NCBI RefSeq assembly: GCF_009914755.1
Contig: NC_060946.1
Reading direction: 5' to 3' (one strand)
DNA: 64,000 nt
From: the human T2T-CHM13v2.0 reference genome, Homo sapiens
The notes beneath the pieces were generated by a model. It searched no databases and was not told the DNA's origin. It saw only the letters and a list, made by a program, of their open reading frames with translations. Both the position numbers and the translations under genes were made by a program. The first letter of the stretch is position 1; each line of letters opens with the position of its first letter. Below are positions 12,506 to 25,965 of this stretch, piece after piece.

Positions 12506-14797
12506 TCCTAACCCGCCATCTAAGCTAGAATGTCGCAAGCACAAAAAGAATCCGAGCAAGCAGCACGGGGTTGTGGGAAAAAATACCGGACAGGAAGCGA
12601 AGGCAGGATCTAATTATCATTGCCTTAGCCACCAGAAAGCCCCCACCACCCCTTTGAACCCCAGTTTCTCCATCAGCAGAGGGTGGGAAGGGGCTGACAA
12701 GGGACCAGGCCCTTCCGGCTCTGACCACCTGCAAGTTCATTAGGATCTCCTACACCTGGGCACTGGAAATCCAAGGAGGCCCGTGGGTTCCCTGCCATGG
12801 CAGGTGAATGGGGCACCTGTTAGTCCTGGCTACTTGCCCCAACCCCAGCACCAACCATGTCTCCCCCATCAGACTGAGAGCTCACTAAGGACAGGCACCA
12901 GATGGGGCCCCTCTCGGCTTCCCCAGCCCCTAGCAAAGCATCTGGGCACAACAGGTGTTCAGGGCTTAAAAGTCAGCATTAACCACGAGCCTTTCCAGCG
13001 TGTGTCTGGACGTGGGCTAAGCGTTCTCACCCGCCATTTTGCTCATCCTCACAGCCACACATCAGCGGGCCGAGGTGGTCTCTTCTCCCTCCGCAGAGAC
13101 CACAGCTCAATGGGATTCTATGATCTGCCCAGGGTCACTCTGCTGGTAAGCCGCAAAACTGCATTCAAACCCAGGACTTCCAACTCCGAAGCCAGGTTCT
13201 TAATGTGTAAGCACTGATGCCTGCTACAAATCCATCCCCAGTAGCAGATGGAAGGAAAGGAAAAGAAAATATGAACTGGGCTACCAGAAGTCCACTTGGA
13301 GGGGCCTCAGAGAAGTGACACAAACCTCAAAATCCCTAAGTGGCTGAGACTTCCAGCATTTTAAAGCCTCCAAGAAAGAAGGCTAGGTCCCCCTCCTTCT
13401 TGGGCCCTCACGGTTTTCCAAGGGCAACGGAGCACCCATAAGGCAGGGGAGAGGCTGGCCGTGGACCGGGAGACCTAGCTAGACCTGACCTCTGTCCCTC
13501 AGCAACTGTGTGACTCCGAACAATTTGTGCCTTCTCTGAGCCTCTGAAAAAAAGGTGTAAGAGTCCCTCACAGATTAACAGCGATAGAGCACTTGGCCCG
13601 CAGGACTTAATGAGTGGCCACAGAAGCCAACGACACGCTTAGCCATTCCTAAAGCATTTTAGGTCCCACCCCATGCGGCGACTGGCATGTGCTCAAGATA
13701 GCAGCCCATCGAACGCTCTGTTCTCCAACCAACACCCTCCACTGAGAGTCCCTACTCCAGTCTTCCTCAGAAGAATGTCAGAGACCTGCCCTCAGGTGTC
13801 TGGAACTCCATACAGCTACAACAGCCAAGCCTACAGCTTTTCCTGAAACTGCCCGACTGCTGGTCCGGCGTGACCTTAGAGCCAGACACCTTCTAAACCA
13901 CGCTGTGATTGCCTCAAATACAGTGGCAACAAGGAAATCCCAGGGCATGTTTACAGAACAGGAAAGCTGCTACCTCCTTTCCCTAAAAACCTCAGATGGG
14001 GTACTATACAATCTCCTACCTCAGGTCTGGAAACAGACCAGCCTAGCTTTAATTCCCAGGTCAGCCACTCACCAGCTGAGTGACCTTGGACCAGCCTCTT
14101 CCCCTCTCTGAGCCTCTGTGCCTAGACTGTGAAGTGGGAATGACCACCACTAGCTCACACAGCTGTTATTGTGAAAGTGACGTCAGCTAATGCTGGGAAA
14201 TGTGAATGCCCCAGGTCCTGCCTCGGTGATGGAGGCAGCCCTGAAACAAGAGAATGTACAAGCAAGGCACTCCAGGCGGGGACTGGTCCCATCCCCCACC
14301 CGGAGCCCAGGCTGGAAAGGAGGGACGTTACGTTTCCACGCTGAAAGCCCTGACGCCCATGTTATCTCCCTTCCCAGGTGAACACCAGGACTTTGCACTC
14401 ATCAAAGGTTGGGCAGGATTCAGGAACAGAGAGGTTGAGTGACCTGTCCAAGGTCACACAGCCAGCCAGGTAAAGGGAGAAGCAGGGATGGGTGGCGGCC
14501 CTGGGCCCATCCTCCTGCAGCGCCGGCCAAATAGGCTCCATCTCCACGGAAGGGGCCGCTCCCGAAGGTCTCTGACCTTGGTTTCCCCAGATGAGAACCA
14601 AGCCCCTTCCCACCCCCACCCCACCCCACCCCGCCCCGCAGGGATCCGAGCATCGGGAGAGCGGTGGGCACGGCAGGGGCGGAGGCCAAGGGCGACCACC
14701 CGGCCCAGCAGAAGCCCCGGGCGCGGGCGCGGCGTCTACGCGGCCGCGCTGCAGGGCTGGGGCATGGCGTGGCGGGCGCGGTCGGCGCGGGGCTCAC

Positions 14798-14966
14798 CGG
14801 ACTTGGGGTAGGTGACGATCCACACGTCGCTGGGCCGCACCGGGAAGTTGGCGATCTCCTCCATCTTCCCGCGGCAGAAGGGCGGCAGCCGCACGCCATG
14901 GAACTCGAAGTACTTGCTCTCGAACTCCCCCGGGGTGCTGGGGGTCTCGGCCTCGCTCTCCGCCAT
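14798..14966 (-). CDS. SULT4A1: Sulfotransferase 4A1 (brain-selective), coding part of exon 1 (169 nt); later exons lie left of the window
   Basis: Translates MAESEAETPSTPGEFESKYFEFHGVRLPPFCRGKMEEIANFPVRPSDVWIVTYPKSG, with the sulfotransferase 5'-PSB motif TYPKSG. Followed by donor G|GTGAGC (GT at 14797-14796). Confidence 0.97.
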
Positions 14967-15015
14967 GCCGCCGCCGTCGCCGTCGCCGCCGCCGCCTCCC
15001 GGCTCGCAGCCCGCA

Positions 15016-15046
<31 letters not shown>

Positions 15047-15093
15047 CGCACACGCTCGCGCCCCACCGGCGCGCGGCGGCAGCTCCGCAGGCG

Positions 15094-15200
15094 TGACGTC
15101 ATGGCGCCGCCGACGCGCGGCGGAGGCTCCGCGGGTATGACGTCATGGCGCCGCCCGGCACGCGGCCGCGGCGCTGCACGGGCGTGACGTCATGGCGCCG
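15094..15200. promoter_or_regulatory. Three full CRE palindromes (TGACGTCA at 15094, 15138, 15185) in a degenerate 44-47 bp tandem repeat
   Basis: Direct reading: each copy is TGACGTCATGGCGCCG. Confidence 0.9.
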
Positions 15201-15567
15201 CGGAGCCGCGTCCTCCCCGCCCCGCCCCCGGCCGGGGTCACCCACCCGCTGCCGGGGCTGACAGAGACCCTGGCCCGCGGTCTGCAGCCTCCTCAGTCGT
15301 GCGTGCGTTCATTCCGCTCATAGCTTCTGTCACTCAGCAAGCGCTCAACACAGACGCATGAGATACCCTGGCTGGAAGGCCCTGAAAGGTAGTCGTCCAT
15401 TCAACACGTGCTTAGCGCGCTGCTGATCTGTGCCAGGCACTGGGCCAGGGCCCCGACACGCGTCAGGGTAGAAGCAAGCAGAAGCCTGGCCCTGTTGGAG
15501 CTTACATTGGTAAATAACCAAGATAATTTCAGGTAAATATTAGGTCCTATTAAAAATATGCGTCTTC

Positions 15568-16149
<582 letters not shown>

Positions 16150-18239
16150 AAAAAGTGCTTCTTAATATCCCATGAGTAGGGGAGGGGAGTGTTGGATTGC
16201 AAATTCCAGGACCCCAGATCTATGGAGAAAAATTACAAAAATATACATTTAGTAAGGCACTTCTTGTGCAAACTATAATTTGAGAGCAACCGAGTTCTAG
16301 AGATCTCAGTGCAACCCCTTGCCAGTCATGCACTCAACAGAGATATATGAAGCACCTACTAACATGCCTGGGGAAGCACAAAGATGAAAACAACACAGCC
16401 TGCTCTCATTCTCTGCAGCCGAGCATCATCAGCTGTGTAAAGGAAAAGAATGATTCCTACCTCTAAGTAGTGTAGCCAGGAAGATGGAAGGAGTTTACAC
16501 CAACAAGAATCTGGAGCAGAGTGGCTGGACGGGACCTATTCCTACTCTCTCCTTCTTACTGTAGAGTGAGACACGTGCATTCTGACACCAAAGACATACA
16601 CATGGGCTGAGAAGCGCAGGCCATGTGTACATAGCAGACAGAGAGAGGAAACAGCAATTAATCCTGACTTGGGAAGCTTGTAGATGTCTTTCCAAAAAAG
16701 AAAGAGGACATTCCGAGCACCCAGCCTTTATTCAGAATAATTAGGCCAATGGCAAAAGGGCATCTAGCCAAAAGCTAGAGGGATTGAGTGAATGAATGAA
16801 TATCCTGATGTTTCAGGTGAGGGTTCTCACTGTGGGAGAAGGAAAATGTAAGTGGGGAATGCGAGAAGGCAGGGAAGAACTCTATGGTATTGGATTGGAA
16901 TTGGAGGTATTGACATGAGTTTATGATATTTTAAAATTCCTATTTCTTATATTTGCTGGAAAAGCCTTTAGGCAGTGATATCTCAATAATACTAGGCATA
17001 CCCACTGCCCAGATCTTTGCTAAATACTTCCCTCACCAAATGAACCTGGGGTTTCTTGGAGAAAAAGCCAACTCCAGGGCAAGGAAAGTACAAGATGAGC
17101 CTAAAATGTCTTGTTGAGTCTTGAACTCCTGCAAGTTCAAAAATGTTGGGAATAGGTCAGAAGGACACAGGGTATAACATGAAAGTATTATCATAGGTCA
17201 AATCGGAAACAATTTGAGCATGTTAGACAAAAATGGGAAAAAACCCACGTACCCAACAGTAGAATAGATAAATTGCGATATATTCATACAATGGAATACA
17301 GTAATTCTTTTAAAAAAGGAATGTAACTGAGAAGAATGTCACAGTCAAAATGATGAACAAACTAAGTCAAGCACAAAAAATGGTATGTCATATGATTCTA
17401 TTTATATACAGTCAAAACCAAGCAAAACTGATCTATAGTGATAGAGGTGAGAATAGTCTTAACCTGGGGCATTGGAAAGAGGGTTGACTGGGAGCAGACT
17501 CAAGGTTACCTACCCTCCATAGTGTTGGAAACATCATAGCTTGCTCTTAGTGGCGGTTACATGAAGATATAGACATAGATAAAAGTACAGACATGGACAT
17601 AGATGCAGGCCTTGCTTCACGGATACGCAACCAGGGGAGTCACACAGGGTTCTGTGCTCAGAAGGGCCCCACACTTTGGAATTTAATGGTCTGTGGTCAC
17701 TATCTTGAAATTGTTGCATTTATCTTTGGGTTTGTTTTGTAAGTGAGGTCTGGTCAAAATTAGCTGGGAGTGGTGACACGCACCATAATCCCAGCTACTC
17801 AGGAGGCTGAGGCAGGAGGATTGCTTGAACCTGGGAGATGGAAGTTTCAGTGGGCTGAGATTGCACCACTGCACTCCAGCCTGGGTGACAGAAAAAGACT
17901 CCGTCTGAAAAAAAAAAGCCATAATGGACATTAATGAGATAATTTGCAATATTTGAATATAGACTCTAGATTAGATGATATTCTATTTTAAATTTCCTAA
18001 ATTTGAAAACTGCACTGTGGTTATGTAAAAATGTCCATTTGCCTCAGAGGTACATGTGGAAGTATTTGGGGGTGAAGAATCATGATGTCTGCCACTTACT
18101 TTCAAATGGTTTTACAAAAATAAAACCACAATTATAACCCTAATGCAAGCACATGTATGTATACACATTGAGAGCGAGAAAGAAAATGTGGGAAAAGCCA
18201 CAATTGGTGAATGTAGGTGATGATATATGTTCATTATGT

Positions 18240-19022
<783 letters not shown>

Positions 19023-19069
19023 AATTGCAGTAAACTTTTCTATACATTTAACTTTTTTTCAGAATAGAA

Positions 19070-20375
<1,306 letters not shown>

Positions 20376-20596
20376 GAGCAGAAAGCAGTAACTTCTCATG
20401 AGCCGAAAATGTCCATCAAGGCCTGAGCCTTTGAATAGAGAAAACCTCACCGCTGCATAAGAAGGGGCATAAGAAGGGGCTGGATAGCACTTTGTCCTGA
20501 AGAGGCTCTTCTTCAGTAAGCTTAATCTAGCAGATCTCCAAATCTCAGCCCTCTTGATACCCATTCCCAAGGCTGCTGAGACAGCAGGGAAGGCAG

Positions 20597-20617
20597 GTCG
20601 CTGTCCGCGGTGCTGAA
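20597..20617 (-). promoter_or_regulatory. RE1/NRSE (REST-binding site)
   Basis: Minus strand reads TTCAGCACCGCGGACAGCGAC versus consensus TTCAGCACCACGGACAGCGCC (19/21), with canonical 2-nt half-site spacing. Confidence 0.88.
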
Positions 20618-20749
20618 CGCACAGCTTCCCCTTTATCCCCCTGCCCTTCCATCCTGGCACGCTGGGTGACCACAACTCCCGACGCCCCTGATTTTCCTTT
20701 GTTATGTTCTGTCTTGGGGCATCTTTTCCTATTTCTATGTGCTATCTTC

Positions 20750-21197
20750 TTCTTAATAGGAGAAAAGGCATACAAATTTAATGTGCATACACGGGAGCCT
20801 TCAGAATGAAGGCCCAGCTTCCCCATGAGTTACAGAATCTTACATACCATTTTGAGGTTACAGAAAGAACAGGAGCTTAGATTCTAGTAAAACAGATTAT
20901 AAGAGGGGAAAAGAAGCTGGACTAGCAAAGATGTCCTTGTTATGTGGATGAAGCCTCCCTTGGAGAGAATAGATGGTAAAGGGTGTGAGAGTCCCAATCG
21001 CTCTTGGGTCTGGGGAAAGAATAGAAAGGTGGGGGAGGGGAAGGGCCTGGCAGCATGCATGAGATTCTCTACAGATGCAAATTTCCCCACTTAAGGCAGC
21101 TTTGCAAGGCCACTTCTGTCAAGATGACCAAGTGGCAGCCATTTCAAAATATGTCAAAGAAATATATTTTGATGTGAAATATTTTAATTTCCTTCAA
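20750..21197 (-). mobile_element. MER34/MER39-like ERV1 LTR
   Basis: Ends ...ccatttcaaaatatgtcaaagaaatatattttg...tttccttca, the reverse complement of an LTR start. Confidence 0.65.
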
Positions 21198-21242
21198 TTC
21201 CCCGCTTTGAAACTTCAAACAAGTTTCACATATCAAAAGCCA

Positions 21243-21540
21243 AGCCAGGATGGCTGCAGTGGCTCACACCTGTAATCACAGCACTTTGGGAGGCTGAGGT
21301 GGGAGGCTCACTTGAGCCCAGGAGTTCGAGACCAGCTTGGGCAACACAGCAAAACCCCATCTTTTTCAAAATAGAAAAAATTGACCAGATGTGGTGGCAC
21401 ACACATGCCCAGCTACTCAGGAGGCTGAGACAGGAGGATTGCTTGAGCCTGGGAGGTCAAAGCTGCAGTGAGCCAAGATCATGCCCCCTGCACTCCAGCC
21501 TGGGTGACAGAAAACAAACAAACAAACAAACAAACAAAAA
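21243..21540 (+). mobile_element. AluJ-like
   Basis: Alu dimer with (AAAC)n tail. Confidence 0.88.
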
Positions 21541-21657
21541 ACCCAAGCTGATGGCTTTGGAGAAATTTGGGTTAGAGGTTGTTAGATTGAGATAGAGAAA
21601 AGGGGAGAAAAGACAAATTGGATAAATAGGTGCAAATTGAAATGTATCATCCCATAT

Positions 21658-22327
<670 letters not shown>

Positions 22328-22376
<49 letters not shown>
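22328..22376. repeat. (TA)24 microsatellite
   Basis: Perfect repeat. Confidence 0.98.
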
Positions 22377-22381
<5 letters not shown>

Positions 22382-22879
22382 GAAGCAGTGGTCGGGCATG
22401 CCTCATTATATCCTACCCCCTTTTGGAATCACAGATAGAAAATATTCTTTTTTTAACGTTTCTAGTAGCTTTATTCATAACAGCAAAAACTGGAAACAAA
22501 GTATTGATATATTCATTCACTGAGCGAATGGTTAAACAAACTATGGTACATCCATACTATGGAATACTATTCAGCGGTAAAAAAGGAATGAACGATTGAT
22601 AAATGCAACAACCTGGATGAATCTCCAGAGAATCATGCTGAATGTAAAAAGATAAGCCCCAAAGATTACATACTATATTATTCCATTTATATAGTATTCT
22701 TGAAATAACAAAATTACAAAAATGGAGAATAGACAAGTGTTTGTTATGGGTTAAGGAGAGGGTGGGAGCAGAAGGGAAATGAGTGTGCCTATGAAAGGAA
22801 AACATAAGGGACCCTTCCATGTGAATTGATCTATCAATGCCAGTATCTTGGTTGTGATACTGGACTATAGTTTTTTTAA

Positions 22880-25075
22880 ATGTTTTATTTCCATAGGTAA
22901 CTGGGGAACAGGTGGTGTTTGGTTACACGAGTAAGTTCTTTAGTGGTGATTTGTGAGATTTTGGTGCACCCATCACCTGAGCAGTGTACACTGCACCCAA
23001 TTTGTAGTCTTTTATCCCTCACCCCCTTAGAACCCTTTCCCCCTGAGTCCCCAAAGTCCATTGTGTCATTCTTATGCCTTTGCATCCTCATAGCTTAGCT
23101 CTCATTTATGAGTGAGAACATATAATATTTGGTTTTCCACTTCTGAGTTACTTCACTTAGAATATAGCCTCCAATCGGCGGAGCTTTCAGTGAGCCGAGA
23201 TTGCGCCACTGCCCTCCAGCCTGGGTGACAGAGCGAGACTCTGTCTCAAAAAAAAAAAACAAAAGAATATAGCCTCCAATCTTACCCAGATTGCTGCAAG
23301 TACTGCAAATACCGTCAATTCATTTCTTTTTTATGGCTGATGGCTGAGTAGCATTCCATCATATATATACACCACAGTTTCTTTATCCACTCATTGATTG
23401 ATGGACATTTGGGTTGGTTCCACATTTTTGCAATTGAGAACTGTGCTGCTACAAACATGCATGTGAAGTATCTTTTTCATATAATGACTTTTTTTCCTCT
23501 GGGTAGACACCCAGTAGCGGGATTGCTAGATGAAATGGTAGTTCTACTTTTAGTTCTTTAAGGACTCTCCACACTGTTTTCCACAGTGGTTGTACTAGTT
23601 AACATTCCCACCAGCTGTGTAGAAGGGTTCCCTGTTCACCACATCCATGCCAACATCTATTATTTTTTGATTTTTTGATTATGGCCATTCTTGCAGCAGT
23701 AAGGTGCTATTGCATTGTCGTTTCGATTTGCATTTCCCTGATCATTAGTGATGATGAACATTTTTTCATATGTTTGTTGGCCATTTGTATATCTTCTTTT
23801 GAGATTTGTCTATTCACGTCCTTAGCCCACTTTTTGATGAGATTTTTTTTTTCTTGCTAATTTGTTTGCATTCATTGTAGATTCTGGATACTATTCTTTG
23901 TCAGATGAGTAGATTGGGAAGATTTTCTCCCACTCTGTGGGTTGTCTGTTTACTCTGCTCACTGTTGCTTTTGCCATGCAAAAAGCTCTTTAATTTAAGT
24001 CCGAGCTATTTATCTTTGTTTTTATCGTTTTTTTGCTTTTAGGTTCTTGGTCATGAAACCCTTGCCTAAGCCAATGTCTAGAAGGGTCTGTCTGATGTTA
24101 TCTTCTAGAATTTTTATAGTTTCAGGTCTTAGATTTAAGTCTTTGATCGATCTTGAGTTGATTTTTGTATAAGGTGAGAGATCCAGTTTCATTCTCCTAC
24201 ATGTGTCTTGCCAATTATCCCAGCACCACTGTTGAATAGGGTGTCCTTTCCCCACCTTATGTTTTTGTTTGCTTTGTCAAAGATCGGTTGGCTGTAAGTA
24301 TTTGGGTTTATTTCTGGTCTATGTGTCTATTTTTATACCAGTACCATGCTGTTTTGGTGACTATGGCCTTATAGTATAGTTTGAAATCATGTAATCTGAT
24401 GCCTCCAGATTTGTTCTTTTTGCTTAGTCTTGATTTGACTATGTGGGCTCTTTTTTGTTTCCATATGAATTTTAGAATTGTTTTTTCTAGTTCTGTGAAG
24501 AATTATGCAGTATTTTGATGGGAATTGCATTGCATTTGTAGACTGTTTTGGCAGTATGGTCATTTTCACAATATTGAGTCTATCCTTCCGCAAACATGGG
24601 AGGCATTTCCATTTGCATGTGTGGTCTATGATTTCTTTCAGCATTGTTTTGTAGTTTTCCTTGTAGAGGTCTTCCACCTCCTTGGTTAGGTATATTCCTA
24701 AGTTGTTTTTGGTTTTTTTTGCTTTGTTTTGTTTTGTTTTGCAGCTATTGTAAAAGGGGTTGAATTCTTGATTTGATTCTCAGCTTGGTCGCTGTTGGTG
24801 TATAGAAGAGCTACTGATTTGTGTACGTTAATTTTGTATCTGGAAACTTTGCTGAATTCTTTTATCAGTTCTAGGAGCTTTTTGAAGGAGTCTTTAGGGT
24901 TTTCTAGGTATACAATCATAACATCAGCAAACAGCAACCGTTTGACTTCCTCTTTACCAATTTGGATGCCCTTTATTTCTTTCTCTTGTCTGATTGCTCT
25001 GGCTAGGACTTCCAGTACTATGTTGAAGAGAAGTGGTAAGAGTGGGCATTCTTGTCTTGTTCCAGTTCTCAGAAG
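22880..25075 (-). mobile_element. L1PB-type 3' fragment (ORF2 end + 3'UTR)
   Basis: Minus-strand ORFs resemble L1 ORF2 ([16 protein letters not shown]; RT YADD-like region); L1PB-like 3' end. Confidence 0.85.
23177..23263 (+). mobile_element. 5'-truncated AluY-like insertion within L1
   Basis: Perfect 18-bp TSD agaatatagcctccaatc (23159-23176, 23264-23281). Confidence 0.9.
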
Positions 25076-25084
25076 GAAGAAAAG

Positions 25085-25520
25085 CTTCTTTAAATCTGAT
25101 AGGAAATATTTACAATCTATTCTCTCTGAAGCCTGCTATCTGGAGGCTTCATCTGCATGATAAAACATTGGTCTCCACAATCCTTTACCATAACCCAGAT
25201 ATTCCTTTCTATTGATTCCTTGTTATTGATAATAACTCTTTCAAGCAATTGCCAGTCAGAAAATCTTTGAAACTGCCCTCTGACTTGGAAGCCCCCACCC
25301 AGCCGCTTCTAGTCTTGCCTTTCCTGACCAATATATATCTTACATGTCTTGATTAATGCCTTATGTCTCCCTAAAATGTATAAAACCAACTTGTGGCCCA
25401 ACCACATTGGGCACATGTTCTTAGGATCTCCTAAGGGCTGCATCACAGCCCATTGATCACTCATATTTGGCACAGAATAAATCACTTCAAATATTTTACA
25501 GCGTTTGACTCTTCATCGAT
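25085..25520 (+). mobile_element. MER4-type ERV1 LTR 3' portion
   Basis: ccctaaaatgtataaaacc...gggcacatgttc...cagaataaatcacttcaaatattttaca. Confidence 0.7.
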
Positions 25521-25965
25521 AAGTATCTGTATGTACTATCAAATTTTTAGGATTAAGAACTTGTTGATTATAGAAATGTCAAACACATCCAAAATTAGAG
25601 GGAATGGTATAATGAACTTCTATTTTTTTACACATCATTCAAATGACAATGAACTTCTATATACTCATCACCCAGTATCAACTATTATCACTTCATGTTT
25701 TATCATCTCCCAAATATCCAGATTGTTTTGAAGCGAACCCCATGTATTCTGTAATTTCATTCATAAATACTTCAGTATGGATCTCCTCTTTGGAGGATAA
25801 GGGCTCTTTGAAAACATATTCCCAATACATTAACACATCTAAGAAGTAATGATTTTTCCCTTACATCACTAAATATCCAGTTAGTGTACATGATTAGATT
25901 TATGAGTGGGATGCTATGCTCAGAGGAGTTAAGGCCTCTGCCTAGGAATGACTAGTATAGCCAGA

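Larger units (their letters stand above)
14480..15310. promoter_or_regulatory. SULT4A1: CpG island / SULT4A1 promoter
   Basis: Very GC- and CpG-rich tract spanning exon 1; GC boxes near 15215-15230; three TGACGTCA sites. Confidence 0.9.

Noticed and set aside
24022-24937. Reverse-transcriptase-like peptides
   Set aside because: Fragmented L1 ORF2 with stops and frameshifts; inactive
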